From: Bacillota bacterium
GTDB taxonomy: Bacteria > Bacillota > Clostridia > Christensenellales > Aristaeellaceae
Length of the DNA: 64,000 bases
Assembly (NCBI GenBank): GCA_023436585.1
Contig: JAEZIN010000027.1
Coordinates: 64,847-128,846, forward strand
Direction: 5' to 3'
The notes under the pieces are model-generated. The model ran no database searches. It saw only the letters and a program-made list of their open reading frames with translations, and had not been told where the DNA came from. A program made the position numbers and the translations under genes. Position 1 is the stretch's first letter. Every line of letters begins with the position of its first letter. Below, in pieces: positions 9,313 to 19,303 of this stretch.

Positions 9313-10188
9313 TTATCCCTTTACGGCACCGGCCGCAAGGCTTTTTTGCACCTGCCCGCTCATGAAAAGGTAGATGACAAGCGTAGGCAGCGTAGCTACC
9401 ACAAGCGCAGCGCCGATGGGGCCCCAATCCGTCTGATACTGGCCGTACATGGACTGGATGCCGGCTGTGAGCGTCTTGAAAGTATCCTTGCTGATAAACA
9501 CCTGCGCAAACAGCAATTCATTCCAAGCCTGCAAAAAGGTGAAAATCATAACCGTGGAGACCGCCGGCATAAGCATGGGAACGATGATGCGGACAAATAT
9601 GCCGTATATGCTTGCCCCATCTATGCAGGCCGCTTCCTCCAGTTCCCTGGGGATTGCGTCAATAAAGCCGGATATGATGAGGATGCCAAGGGATACGGCA
9701 AAGCCGGTATATGGCAGAATCAAAGCCCAGTGGGTGCTGTGAAGCTTGATTTTGCTCAGGATAATGAACAGCGGCAGCAGCGCGGCATGGATGGGAATCA
9801 TCAGCCCCAGCATGAAGAAGGCCATCATTGTCTTTTGACCCCGCCACTTCATGCGCGTCAGCGCGTAAGCGGCCATCAGGGAAAGCAGGCAGGTAAGCAA
9901 AATGGTGACGCCCGTGACGATCACACTGTTTAAAAGGTACAAGCCCACCTTGCCGCCCAGGAACGCGCTGGCATAATTGGAGAAAAGCCATTTGCCGGGG
10001 AGGCCGGCGATGTTGCCGCCGAAAATTTCACTGTTGTCCTTGAGGGAAAAGGATAAAAGCCAGTACAAGGGAAACAGGCTGATGAATGCCCACAGGATCA
10101 GCGCGGCCTGTACGGGGATTCGGCTGAACCGGAACCTGCCCGGCTTTTGTGCATGCTTTGCGGGTATGACCACTTTTTCATAAATCAT
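9313..10188 (-). CDS. Sugar ABC transporter permease, MalG/AraQ-like
   Basis: EAACIDGASIYGIFVRIIVPM EAA motif. RBS GGGAGGGAAG before ATG at 10188; the tracked TTG at 10206 is 6 codons further upstream. Confidence 0.85.
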   Translation of the reverse strand: MIYEKVVIPAKHAQKPGRFRFSRIPVQAALILWAFISLFPLYWLLSFSLKDNSEIFGGNIAGLPGKWLFSNYASAFLGGKVGLYLLNSVIVTGVTILLTCLLSLMAAYALTRMKWRGQKTMMAFFMLGLMIPIHAALLPLFIILSKIKLHSTHWALILPYTGFAVSLGILIISGFIDAIPRELEEAACIDGASIYGIFVRIIVPMLMPAVSTVMIFTFLQAWNELLFAQVFISKDTFKTLTAGIQSMYGQYQTDWGPIGAALVVATLPTLVIYLFMSGQVQKSLAAGAVKG

Positions 10189-10202
10189 ATGCTTCCCTCC
10201 CG

Positions 10203-11081
10203 TCAAGCCTTTACCCTAAAAAGGCGCCGGATGAGCAGGGTCAGGATCATGCATTCCGCCACGATGAACATGGCCATGGAACTGCCATACCCATACTGGT
10301 TCTTTAGGAAAATGGTCCTGTACATCAGTGTGGTGGGCACCTCGCTGGCGCCGCTGGGCCCGCCGCCCGTAAGCACGTAAATCAGATCGAATATCTTCAG
10401 GGAACCGATCAGGGAAAACGTGGCGCTCACCTTCAGCATGGGTCGGATCATGGGGATGGTAACAGCCGTGGCTGTGCGAAAGGACGATGCGCCGTCTATT
10501 TTGGCGGCCTCGAACAATTTGCCCGGGATGGATTTGATGGCGCCGTACATCAGCAGCATATGGTAGCCCACGTATTGCCACAGGATGGGCACAAAGGTGG
10601 CGCCAAGTGCCGTCGTTTTATCCCCCAGCCAGGTCCGCGTCCAGCCCTCCAGGCCCACGGCTCGTAAAAAAGTATTCAGCAAACCGTAATTCGGATTGTA
10701 CACCTTCATCCATAGCTGGCCGATGACCACGGTGGATATGATGACCGGTATAAAAAAAGCACTACGGTAGAAATTTTCAAACTTGACGCCCGAGGATATG
10801 ATAATGGCCAGCAGCAGGGATATGGGAAGCTGTACCAACAGGGAAATGCCGGCATACAGAAAGGAATGGCCGGCGGATGCCCAGAACTTGCTGGTTTTTG
10901 CAAAAAAAAGCTTGCCGTAATTCTCGAGCCCCACAAAGCTGCCTGTGCCGATGCCGTCCCAATTCAGCATGCTGTAATACATGGAAATACCGATGGGGAT
11001 GATGACTACGCAAATAAACAGCAAAAGCGCGGGCAATAGAAAAAGGCAGATTGCCTTTTTGTCGGAAAGCACTCTTTCCAT
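10203..11081 (-). CDS. Sugar ABC transporter permease, MalF/AraP-like
   Basis: EAAKIDGASSFRTATAVTIPMIRP motif. RBS AAGGAGG before MERVLSDKK at 11081; the N-terminal 32 aa in the track lack an RBS. Confidence 0.85.
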   Translation of the reverse strand: MERVLSDKKAICLFLLPALLLFICVVIIPIGISMYYSMLNWDGIGTGSFVGLENYGKLFFAKTSKFWASAGHSFLYAGISLLVQLPISLLLAIIISSGVKFENFYRSAFFIPVIISTVVIGQLWMKVYNPNYGLLNTFLRAVGLEGWTRTWLGDKTTALGATFVPILWQYVGYHMLLMYGAIKSIPGKLFEAAKIDGASSFRTATAVTIPMIRPMLKVSATFSLIGSLKIFDLIYVLTGGGPSGASEVPTTLMYRTIFLKNQYGYGSSMAMFIVAECMILTLLIRRLFRVKA

Positions 11082-11225
11082 GCGCTTTCCTCCTTTCACA
11101 ATAAAGCAAAGCAGGCTGCCGCGCCTATAAAACCGCGCCATGGTACTTAAACCAGGTTTATGAATGGCATGCGCCATATAAACCAGTGCGGCTTTCTTTA
11201 CGCGCGGCAGCCTTTTGCCGCTTGA

Positions 11226-12500
11226 TTATTCCATCATCGTCTGCAACGCTTCGCAGTATTCATCCGCTGTCAGGTCACCGGCCAGCATTTCCTGTACGGT
11301 ATCCATCAGGAACTCGGAATCCTCGCCTTCCAGCGCGGTGTTGCCCCAGAGCAGGAAGTTGGCGGCGTTGCTGGTAAGGGCTACGATGGATTTGATCAGG
11401 GGATCGATTTGGGATTCGTCTACATCAAGCTTCCAGGTGGGCATGCCGGCCCCTGCCAGGTAAGCATTTTTGGAATGGTTTTCGGCAAGGAACTGGCACA
11501 GCAAGACGGCGGCTTCCACATTTTTCGTATTGGCGCTGACGCAGAATTGTTCGGCCGCGCCGCCCATGAAGTCATTGATGCCGCCTTTTCCGCCTTCGAT
11601 CACCGGGAAGGCTACCGCCTTGATCTTGCCCTTGACCTTGGAGGTATCGGCCTGGCAGTTGCTGGCTGTCCAGTTGCCGTTGACGTACATGGCGACCTCA
11701 CCGTTAAAGAAGGGCACCTCGGATTCATCGCGGGTAAGCGCCACAGCACCTTCGGGGAAAGCGCCGGCCTTGATCAATTCATCAAACTTCTGCGCCGCCA
11801 GCTTCATGCCGTCGGAGACGAAGCTGCCGTTTTCCGTCTTGTAGAAAGCATCAAAGCTGTCCTGATATCCGGCGGCCCGCAATGTGATCAGATCAGTGTA
11901 CATGCAGGTGGGCCAGCGGTCCTTGCCGCCGGTGGTCATGGGGGTGACGCCGGCATCCTTGAAGGTCTTGACAGCGGTCATGAGCTCCGACCAGGTTTCG
12001 GGAATTTTCACATTATACTTTTCAAACAGCTCTGTGTTGCAGTAAAGCACGGAGCAGGCAAGGGTATAGGGCAAGCCGTACACCTTGCCGTCAAACGTCA
12101 TGTTGGAAAGCGTGCCTTCCACAACGCGGTCCCACACATCCTGGGCGACGTAATCGTTCAGGGGCAGTACCTTACCGGCATCCACAAAGGATTTCAGCAG
12201 GCCGCCCGCGTTATAGTAGAAAACGTCGGGCGCTTCGTTGGCGGCTACCGCGGTCTTGATCTTTGTTTTGTAAGCTTCCGCTTCGTTCATGTCCAGCTCC
12301 ACATGGATCCAGGGATAGGCCGTTTTGAACTCCTCCAGTGTTTTCAAAAAGGGCGCCTTGTTGCTTTCGCTGTCGGAGGACCAGATGGACCAGAGCGTCA
12401 GCGTCACTTCTTCGTGCGTTTCCGCCGTTGCGGGCACCATGGCCAGAAGGATCAAAAGCGCGATGCACAGGGAAAGGCCTTTTTTGAGCATGCGGTTCAT
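11226..12500 (-). CDS. Extracellular solute-binding protein (family 1, ~420 aa) of a CUT1-type sugar ABC transporter
   Basis: RBS AAGGAGG. Signal peptide MNRMLKKGLSLCIALLILLAMVPATA. Followed by MalF/MalG-type permeases. Confidence 0.85.
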   Translation of the reverse strand: MNRMLKKGLSLCIALLILLAMVPATAETHEEVTLTLWSIWSSDSESNKAPFLKTLEEFKTAYPWIHVELDMNEAEAYKTKIKTAVAANEAPDVFYYNAGGLLKSFVDAGKVLPLNDYVAQDVWDRVVEGTLSNMTFDGKVYGLPYTLACSVLYCNTELFEKYNVKIPETWSELMTAVKTFKDAGVTPMTTGGKDRWPTCMYTDLITLRAAGYQDSFDAFYKTENGSFVSDGMKLAAQKFDELIKAGAFPEGAVALTRDESEVPFFNGEVAMYVNGNWTASNCQADTSKVKGKIKAVAFPVIEGGKGGINDFMGGAAEQFCVSANTKNVEAAVLLCQFLAENHSKNAYLAGAGMPTWKLDVDESQIDPLIKSIVALTSNAANFLLWGNTALEGEDSEFLMDTVQEMLAGDLTADEYCEALQTMME

Positions 12501-12612
12501 GAGACTGCCTCCTTATATTGTTCGAATGGCCTGATGTCACAGGCTTTTCTTCAGTCTAAAGTAAAACCGCGCGAAAGAGAACCGGCGCTATTGACCGAAA
12601 TTTCCATTTTTT

Positions 12613-13365
12613 TTACCTTTGACTGGAAACGTTTCCTTGGCGGAGGGCTCTTTTGCGGAATTCCGCCAGGGTAAGGCCGTAATACCGCTTGAAGCATACC
12701 CCGAAATACTTCGCATCCGGAATACCAACCTTTTCTCCTGTTTCATAGCTGCGCAAGCCTTCGTTTGCCAGCAGGCGGGCGGCCTCCTCCATGCGAAGGC
12801 CGGTCAGATATTCCACGAAGGTTTTGCCCGTATCCTGTTTGAAAGCCCGGCTCAGATAGGATGGATTGATGAAAAAGCGGTCTGCGACGCTTTGCAGCGT
12901 GAGGTCCGGGCTGCGGAAGCCTTCCTGAAGGAAAGTCAATACCTCGCGTATGCTTAAGCGGCTATGGGACAGCAGCAGCGACTCCGGTCTGATTTTTTTC
13001 AGTATGTCGCGCATCACCTGGGTCAGCTGGTCCTCGTTGATGGGCTTGAGCAGATAATCCGTCACACCAAGCCGGATGCATTGCTGGGCATAGGCAAAGG
13101 TATCGTGACCGCTGATGATGACAATGGAAAGCCCCGGCTTGCGGCGTTTCAGCTCAGCCGCCAGGTCGATGCCGCTCATGCCGGGCATGCATATGTCCAG
13201 GCAAATAATGTCCGGGTCAAGCTCCCCGGCCATTGCGAGCGCTTCCTGCGCGTTCCCCGCTTCCCCGGCGATTTCAATGCCCAGCGCCTGCCAGTCGATG
13301 CAATTGCAAATCAAGGTTCTTACCAGAGGTTCGTCGTCCACGCACAACATGCGAACGGGATTCAT
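12613..13365 (-). CDS. Response regulator, REC + AraC-type HTH (short YesN-like), RR3
   Basis: MLCVDDEP…DICMPGMSG receiver. C-terminal AraC HTH. Start ATG overlaps the HK2 stop (ATGA). Confidence 0.85.
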   Translation of the reverse strand: MNPVRMLCVDDEPLVRTLICNCIDWQALGIEIAGEAGNAQEALAMAGELDPDIICLDICMPGMSGIDLAAELKRRKPGLSIVIISGHDTFAYAQQCIRLGVTDYLLKPINEDQLTQVMRDILKKIRPESLLLSHSRLSIREVLTFLQEGFRSPDLTLQSVADRFFINPSYLSRAFKQDTGKTFVEYLTGLRMEEAARLLANEGLRSYETGEKVGIPDAKYFGVCFKRYYGLTLAEFRKRALRQGNVSSQR

Positions 13366-15134
13366 GCCTGCTCACCGTCCTTTTTGCGGATGGTAATGGT
13401 GATTTTTGTGCCGCAGCCCTGCACGCTTTCAATGGCTACGGGCTGGCTTTCCCCATAAAAGAAGCGAAGCCTGTCAATGGTTCCCCGAAGGCCAAAGCGG
13501 CTTTCCTCTTCCGGCGGGTCGGCCTGCAAGGCGCTTATGGATGCTTCCTGCGAAATGCCTGCCCCATTATCCTCAACGGATAAATAGATGTTGCAGGAAT
13601 CCTGCCAGGCTTTGATTTGGATCCTGCCCCGGTTGCCCGAAGAGCGAAGGCCGTGATACAGCGCGTTTTCCACCAAAGGCTGCAGCACCAGCTTGGGGAT
13701 GGGCGTTTTGCAAACCGCTTCATCCACGTCAAAGGATGTGGTGATATCGCCGTAGCGCACGCTCTGGATGGCCATATAGCTTTTGACCATGCTGATTTCT
13801 TCCCCGATGGTGATGATGCTTTTGCCGTTGTGGATGCTGTTGCGGTAAAATTCGCCCAGGGAGCGCAGCAGGTCGTTCACCTCTTTTGTTCTGCCTGAGA
13901 GCGCCAGGGCCCGTAATGTATCGATGGTATTGTACAGAAAATGCGGGTTGATCTGCGCCTGAAGAGCATGGAACTCTGCCTGGCGCTTTCGTTCGCTTTC
14001 CCTGCGTATGCTTGTAAAAAGCGTCTCAATCTGGTCCACCATGCTGTTGTAGGCGGATGTAAGCTTTCCGATTTCATCCTGGCTCCGGCGTTGGGGAAGG
14101 CGCGCGGGATGGTCGCCTGCCGACAGGCGCATGCCTTCCGCCATCTGGTGCAGGGGCCTTGCCACCATCCTGGTGATCATCAGTGTGGCGATGAATATCA
14201 CTGGAACGATCAATAATAGCAGAAGCCAGAAAACATATTCCATGCCTGCCAGCGTTCGAATGGAGCTGGTGTAGGGTATGGCTGTGATTACATGCCACCC
14301 GGCATTGCGAAGCCTGGCGGATGAATATACGTAGTGAACCTTGCCGTCGGCCGGCAGGCTGATGGGGCTGTCGGCCTGAAGCAGCTTTGTTTGTTGTTCT
14401 TTAGTCAATGCGGACAGTATACCCGCGTCGGAGGTGAGCAGAGGCCGGCCGCTCTCTTCCACAACGGTGACCTGAAGGTCCGTGTTCAGTTTCGCATCTT
14501 CAAAGCACGCTGTAATGAAGCTTTCCCGGAGGTTCAGCATCAGCGTGCCCAGCAGCTGGGACTGCTCGTTCAGGTTATAGATATTGCGTACCATGGAAAT
14601 CACGTTTTCCTTGCCGTACATGGCATGGTCCTCGCCGCAGTTCAATAGGAGCATGTAATAGCCCTTTTGCTTTATGAGCGTTGGATACCAGGCCGCGTTC
14701 TCCACCTTGGAAAAGCTGAACCGCTGAAGCGTATAATTGTCCACGCCATACCTTTGCCCGGATGTATCAAACAGGTAAAGCGCCGCCGTGTGGGGCTGCA
14801 GGTTGGCCGCGCTGCTTAGCAGCGTGCGAAGCGTGCGCATGACCCTTGGGGCATCAAAGCTTTCCTTCCTGATTAGAATGCCTTGTATGTTGTCGTTGGA
14901 AAGGAGCATTTTGGAGACATAGTTCAGGTTTTCGATCATGGCATCGATGCTGCCGGCAATCAGCTGCGCATTTTGCCTGGCGATATTGTCAAACTCCTCA
15001 TACCGCAAATGCTCATGCTCTGTCTGAAAAAGCACATACGTGATCAGTATGGAGACAACGAGCACAATGGCGAACAAGCCAATGATCTTCATGGACAGGC
15101 TGCAGTTCCGGAACCGTCCGATCAGTGTTCTCAT
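13362..15134 (-). CDS. Sensor histidine kinase, YesM-like, HK2
   Basis: Start MRTLIGRF at 15134 (RBS GGAGGAA). TM segments around an extracytoplasmic domain. HAMP. AQINPHFLYNTIDTL H-box. LVENALYHG…DNGAGI ATPase. Confidence 0.85.
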   Translation of the reverse strand: MRTLIGRFRNCSLSMKIIGLFAIVLVVSILITYVLFQTEHEHLRYEEFDNIARQNAQLIAGSIDAMIENLNYVSKMLLSNDNIQGILIRKESFDAPRVMRTLRTLLSSAANLQPHTAALYLFDTSGQRYGVDNYTLQRFSFSKVENAAWYPTLIKQKGYYMLLLNCGEDHAMYGKENVISMVRNIYNLNEQSQLLGTLMLNLRESFITACFEDAKLNTDLQVTVVEESGRPLLTSDAGILSALTKEQQTKLLQADSPISLPADGKVHYVYSSARLRNAGWHVITAIPYTSSIRTLAGMEYVFWLLLLLIVPVIFIATLMITRMVARPLHQMAEGMRLSAGDHPARLPQRRSQDEIGKLTSAYNSMVDQIETLFTSIRRESERKRQAEFHALQAQINPHFLYNTIDTLRALALSGRTKEVNDLLRSLGEFYRNSIHNGKSIITIGEEISMVKSYMAIQSVRYGDITTSFDVDEAVCKTPIPKLVLQPLVENALYHGLRSSGNRGRIQIKAWQDSCNIYLSVEDNGAGISQEASISALQADPPEEESRFGLRGTIDRLRFFYGESQPVAIESVQGCGTKITITIRKKDGEQA

Positions 15135-15151
15135 TTGTTCCTCCATCCTTT

Positions 15152-15850
15152 TCAGCGGCAGAAATCCGGGTTCTCAAACACAACGCCTATTTTAAGAAGG
15201 CGCCGGATCAGTGTTTTGAAATATCCGGGGCATTTTGCTTCGGTTTCCGGGTGGTCATGAATCAAGATGATCTGCAGGGAGCCGCTGTCCTGAAGCGATC
15301 CCCCCTGAAGCGGGTGGGGGTCTTCCATATGTCTGTATATATGATTCAGGGTGAATTCCTCTTCATTGTGCATGCGGTACTCCTTAAGATCAAAGGTCCA
15401 GAATACATCCATATCCTGCCGAAGGCCGTTTTCCCGGTACCACGGATAGGTGACGCCGCTGTCTTCAAGGCGGCTGAAGCCCTGGTCCATCAAATACTGC
15501 TGGAGCATAGGCGCATGCTTGCCTCCCTTGTCGCCGTAGGGGAAGCGGAAAAGCTTGTGGCTGCGCGCTATGCCGGCATCCTGATACAGCCTATTTAGCA
15601 ATGCCTCCTGCTTTTCAATTTCTGCCACGCATTGCGCAAAGGACAAATCCGAAAAGTGCGGATGCGAGTAGGAATGGTTTCCAGCAACCGCCCCCATTTG
15701 AAGCGCTTTGATTCCCTGCTCATAAGCGCTTTCCAGCCGCTCGCCCCAGAAGAACATGAGGGGGGAAATATGAAGACTGTTCAAAAACGCCACGTATCGC
15801 ACTGTGTTGGATGACGCGCCGTCGTCCATGGTCAATATGGCTCTTGTCAT
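15152..15850 (-). CDS. Polysaccharide deacetylase (CE4 / NodB-homology) family protein, no signal peptide
   Basis: TMDDG and GNHSYSHPHF CE4 motifs. RBS GGAGG before ATG at 15850. Immediately upstream of HK2 on the same strand. Confidence 0.75.
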   Translation of the reverse strand: MTRAILTMDDGASSNTVRYVAFLNSLHISPLMFFWGERLESAYEQGIKALQMGAVAGNHSYSHPHFSDLSFAQCVAEIEKQEALLNRLYQDAGIARSHKLFRFPYGDKGGKHAPMLQQYLMDQGFSRLEDSGVTYPWYRENGLRQDMDVFWTFDLKEYRMHNEEEFTLNHIYRHMEDPHPLQGGSLQDSGSLQIILIHDHPETEAKCPGYFKTLIRRLLKIGVVFENPDFCR

Positions 15851-16075
15851 AGCCGGCCTCCGATATCTTTTGTACACGAAATGCATGAAACGAACCTAAC
15901 CCAAGCATACCACGTGTTCTACATTTTTTGTTTCGTTCCTTCTTTCTGCATCAATTGAAAACAAGGCTTTGGTTTGTTTATTGGCTTTCCCAGGTTTTTC
16001 GGTCATCCAGTGCCGGACATCCATGTACCTTTGATGGGGATAAATTGCAGAGTATAGACAGGCGTATCGTTCTGT

Positions 16076-16116
16076 GCCGACAGTATTGCCGGCGTTTTTT
16101 TGGCAATAGTGTCGGC
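16076..16116. promoter_or_regulatory. Imperfect 15-bp inverted repeat (GCCGACAGTATTGCC / GGCAATAGTGTCGGC, 14/15) with an 11-nt G+T7 spacer, in the divergent CE4/GH67 intergenic region
   Basis: Read directly in the sequence. Confidence 0.4.
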
Positions 16117-16269
16117 TATCGTTCATCCCATGGCTATTGAGTACACTTGGCCTTTCAGACGAGTTGGACAAAGTTTTGTACATAAACAATAGGTTTTCCT
16201 GAATGTGAAGTGAAGAATCTTTAAAAAGTACAAATCTTCTTCAATGGCTCCATTTTCAAACCGAAGGAC

Positions 16270-16323
16270 GGATGCTATATTTATATTACAACAACGGGTA
16301 CGAAACATAAAAATATAGCATCC
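16270..16323. promoter_or_regulatory. Perfect 13-bp inverted repeat GGATGCTATATTT…AAATATAGCATCC with a 28-nt spacer, ~50 bp upstream of the GH67 start
   Basis: Read directly in the sequence. Candidate operator or 5'-leader hairpin. Confidence 0.4.
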
Positions 16324-16369
16324 TTACGCCTGGTGAATTTGAATAAAAAATAGATCGGAATGTGATTAA

Positions 16370-18319
16370 TTGCTAACGAATTGCACGTATCGTGAATATG
16401 CCGCATGGCTTCAAACCGGCGCCGCTGCCGCTATTCCGCCCATGATATTAAAAGGGCCGGACGATGCCGCCTTTGCAATGGCGGAGTGCCAGGCGGGGCT
16501 TGACAGACTGTCTTGTGGTGAAAGGAGAAACGGTGGCGCGGCGTATACGCTGGATTTTTCATTGGATAGCGCCATGGCTCCCGAATCCTACAGGCTGGAA
16601 GGGTCATCTGTAGGCCTTACGTTGCAAGCGGCGGATGCGAGCGGCTGGCTTTATGGGGTGTATGAGCTGTTAAGGCGTCTGACAGCGGGCGAAGATCCGG
16701 CCAGCATTGTCTTTGAATCAGCCCCGGCAGTGAAAAGGCGTGTATTGAATCATTGGGACAACATAAACGGTACCGTAGAGCGCGGCTATAGCGGGCATTC
16801 CCTGTTTTTTAAAGATGGAACACTAAGCTACGACGCGGACCGGATCAGGGATTACGCAAGGCTGCTGGCATCGGTTGGCATCAATGAGATCGCCATCAAC
16901 AACGTGAATGTGACCGAGCAAAGCGCCAAATTGGTCACGGAGGAGATGCTGCCCAAGGTAGCCAGGCTGGCCGGCATTTTCCGCCCCTTCGGGATACGGC
17001 TGATACTGGCGGTGCATTTTGAGGGCCCCAATCTGCTTGGAAAGCTGCAAACCGCCGACCCGATGGATGAAGGCGTCGCGGCGTGGTGGAGGGATACGGT
17101 CGATCTTGTCTACCGGTACATCCCCGACCTGGCGGGCTTTCTGGTAAAGGCAGATTCTGAGTTCCGGGGCGGTCCCGCCGCCTTTGGCAGGACACAGGCC
17201 GACGGGGCCAATGTAATCGCCCGCGCCTTGAAGCCCCATCAGGGGACCATCTACTGGCGCTGCTTTGTGTACAACTGCAACCAGGATTGGCGCGACGTAA
17301 AGACTGACCGGCCCAAGGCGGCGTACGACCACTTTTTCCCGCTGGACGGCGAGTTCCTTCCCAATGTGGTGCTGCAGATCAAGTACGGCCCTTCCGATTT
17401 TCAGGTAAGGGAGCCCAATTCCCCGCTGCTGGGCGCCATGACACAAACGCGGCAGGCCATGGAATTCCAGGTGACGCAGGAGTACACGGGCCAGCAGATC
17501 GATTTGTACGCGCTGGCTGTGCAGTGGGAAGAGATCCTGGACACGCCCGTATCGGATACCCGCCTGACACGGTCCCTGATCGGCAGGGAAGTGGATACCA
17601 TGGCGGCGGTGTCCAACGCGGGCGATGATGAAAACTGGACAGGGCACACCTTGGCGCAGGCCAACCTGTACGCCTTCGGGCGGATGGCATGGGACCCGAA
17701 GCTTACCGCCCGGCAGGTGATTAGGGAGTGGGCGGTGCAAACCTTCGGAAGCGATCCTAATGTGATTGAGCCGCTTACCGCCATGATGCTGTCTTCCCGC
17801 TCCGTATATGAAAAGTACAACGCGCCTCTTGGCATCGGCTGGATGGTGGCGGTGGGCAGGCATTACGGCCCCAGCGTGGACGGCTACGAGTACATGAAAT
17901 GGGGCACTTACCACCGGGCAGACCACACGGCCATCGGCGTGGACAGGACGCAAGCCGGTACGGGATATACATCACAGTATCATCCCAGCCTGGAAGCGCT
18001 GTACAGCAACAAGGAAACCTGCCCGGAGGAGCTGCTGCTTTTCTTCCACAGGCTGCCCTATGATTACCGCTTAAAAAGCGGGAAGACGCTGATTCAGCAT
18101 ATTTACGACACGCATTTTGAGGGCGTGGAGGATGTTCAGGGCTTCATCGCCACCTGGGAGTCGCTGAAGGGGCTGCTCCCGGCCAGCGCTTACGAATCTG
18201 TTCTTGCAAAGCTTGCCATGCAATTGGAAAACGCCCGGGAATGGAGGGATGTGGTGAACACATACTTCCTTAGAAAGACAGGGATCAAGGACGAAAAGGG
18301 CAGGCATATCTATGAATAG
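16370..18319 (+). CDS. aguA: Alpha-glucuronidase, glycoside hydrolase family 67 (AguA-like)
   Basis: ~650 aa with no signal peptide. The N-terminal Y..WL and YWRCFVY-type stretches are remembered from GH67. TTG start directly follows an in-frame TAA; the weak RBS leaves the start uncertain. Confidence 0.7.
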   Translation: MLTNCTYREYAAWLQTGAAAAIPPMILKGPDDAAFAMAECQAGLDRLSCGERRNGGAAYTLDFSLDSAMAPESYRLEGSSVGLTLQAADASGWLYGVYELLRRLTAGEDPASIVFESAPAVKRRVLNHWDNINGTVERGYSGHSLFFKDGTLSYDADRIRDYARLLASVGINEIAINNVNVTEQSAKLVTEEMLPKVARLAGIFRPFGIRLILAVHFEGPNLLGKLQTADPMDEGVAAWWRDTVDLVYRYIPDLAGFLVKADSEFRGGPAAFGRTQADGANVIARALKPHQGTIYWRCFVYNCNQDWRDVKTDRPKAAYDHFFPLDGEFLPNVVLQIKYGPSDFQVREPNSPLLGAMTQTRQAMEFQVTQEYTGQQIDLYALAVQWEEILDTPVSDTRLTRSLIGREVDTMAAVSNAGDDENWTGHTLAQANLYAFGRMAWDPKLTARQVIREWAVQTFGSDPNVIEPLTAMMLSSRSVYEKYNAPLGIGWMVAVGRHYGPSVDGYEYMKWGTYHRADHTAIGVDRTQAGTGYTSQYHPSLEALYSNKETCPEELLLFFHRLPYDYRLKSGKTLIQHIYDTHFEGVEDVQGFIATWESLKGLLPASAYESVLAKLAMQLENAREWRDVVNTYFLRKTGIKDEKGRHIYE

Positions 18320-18331
18320 GGAGGTGTATGG

Positions 18332-19288
18332 ATGATCCATACTGCGCTGCAAAAGCGGACAAAGCTGCCTGGCTACATACGGCATGCACGGCGCGTGAAT
18401 TATTTCAAGCGCACCTGGATGCTCTATTTGATGCTGGTTCTGCCTTTGGCCTTCTTTGTCATCTTCCGTTACATTCCCATGACAAACATTGTGATCGCTT
18501 TCAAAAAGTACAACATGTTCAAGCCCATCTGGGAATCGCCCTGGTCCGGCATTGACTGGTTCAAAAAAGCTTTTGCCATGAAAGATTTTCATGACGCGCT
18601 TCGAAATACCATCACGCTGAACCTTTTGGACCTGGTGGTAGGATTTCCCTCACCCATCCTGCTGGCCATACTGCTCAATGAGCTCGCCTTCAGGCGTTTC
18701 AAACGGGTGACGCAGACAATCGTCTATATGCCGCACTTTCTGTCCTGGATCATTATCAGCGGCCTGGCCAAGCAGCTTCTGGCTCCCAATACGGGGCTGT
18801 TCAACATCGTGCTTGCCCAGTCAGGCCTGCCGGTCGTCGACTTCCTCGGTAAACCCAATCTGTGGGTAGGTACCTACATTGCCCTTGGCCTTTGGCAAAG
18901 CGTGGGGTGGAACACCATCATCTATCTTGCTGCCATCACAGGCATCAATCCGGAACTGTATGAGGCAGCCGAGGTGGACGGCGCATCCCGCCTGCGCAAA
19001 GTATGGCATGTGACACTGCCGGGGCTGAAGCCGACCATTGTGACGCTGCTGATACTAAGCGTGGGCCGCATCCTGGGCAGTGAGTTTGACCGGCCGTATG
19101 CCTTGACCAATCCGCTGGTGACCAATGTGTCGGATGTGATCAGCACCTATGTGTACCGCGTGGGCATCAAATCAAACCAGTTCTCGCTGACGGCCGCGGT
19201 GGGCCTGTTCCAATCGGTGATCTGCGTATTTTTCCTGGTCGCGGCCAATCTTTTTTCCAAGCGGTTCGGCGAGCGCGGGATCTGGTGA
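18332..19288 (+). CDS. Sugar ABC transporter permease, LplB-like
   Basis: EAAEVDGASRLRKVWHVTLPGLKP motif. RBS GGGAGGTG. Confidence 0.85.
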   Translation: MIHTALQKRTKLPGYIRHARRVNYFKRTWMLYLMLVLPLAFFVIFRYIPMTNIVIAFKKYNMFKPIWESPWSGIDWFKKAFAMKDFHDALRNTITLNLLDLVVGFPSPILLAILLNELAFRRFKRVTQTIVYMPHFLSWIIISGLAKQLLAPNTGLFNIVLAQSGLPVVDFLGKPNLWVGTYIALGLWQSVGWNTIIYLAAITGINPELYEAAEVDGASRLRKVWHVTLPGLKPTIVTLLILSVGRILGSEFDRPYALTNPLVTNVSDVISTYVYRVGIKSNQFSLTAAVGLFQSVICVFFLVAANLFSKRFGERGIW

Positions 19289-19303
19289 GGAGGGATAGGC
19301 AAA

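Noticed and set aside
15896-16308. Small ORFs (97, 70 and 61 aa) in the CE4/GH67 divergent intergenic region
   Set aside because: They have no RBS, lie in AT-rich promoter DNA and overlap each other on both strands. The region is better explained as regulatory DNA with the inverted repeats described.
16823-17953. 376-aa ORF antisense to the GH67 gene, plus similar long antisense or overlapping ORFs at 1191-2096, 11409-12674, 20301-21965, 40733-42217, 45728-47275 and 47579-48877
   Set aside because: Each lies entirely inside a well-supported gene on the opposite strand. They have no RBS, and their Arg/Gly/Pro/Ala-rich composition is typical of GC-driven spurious frames.
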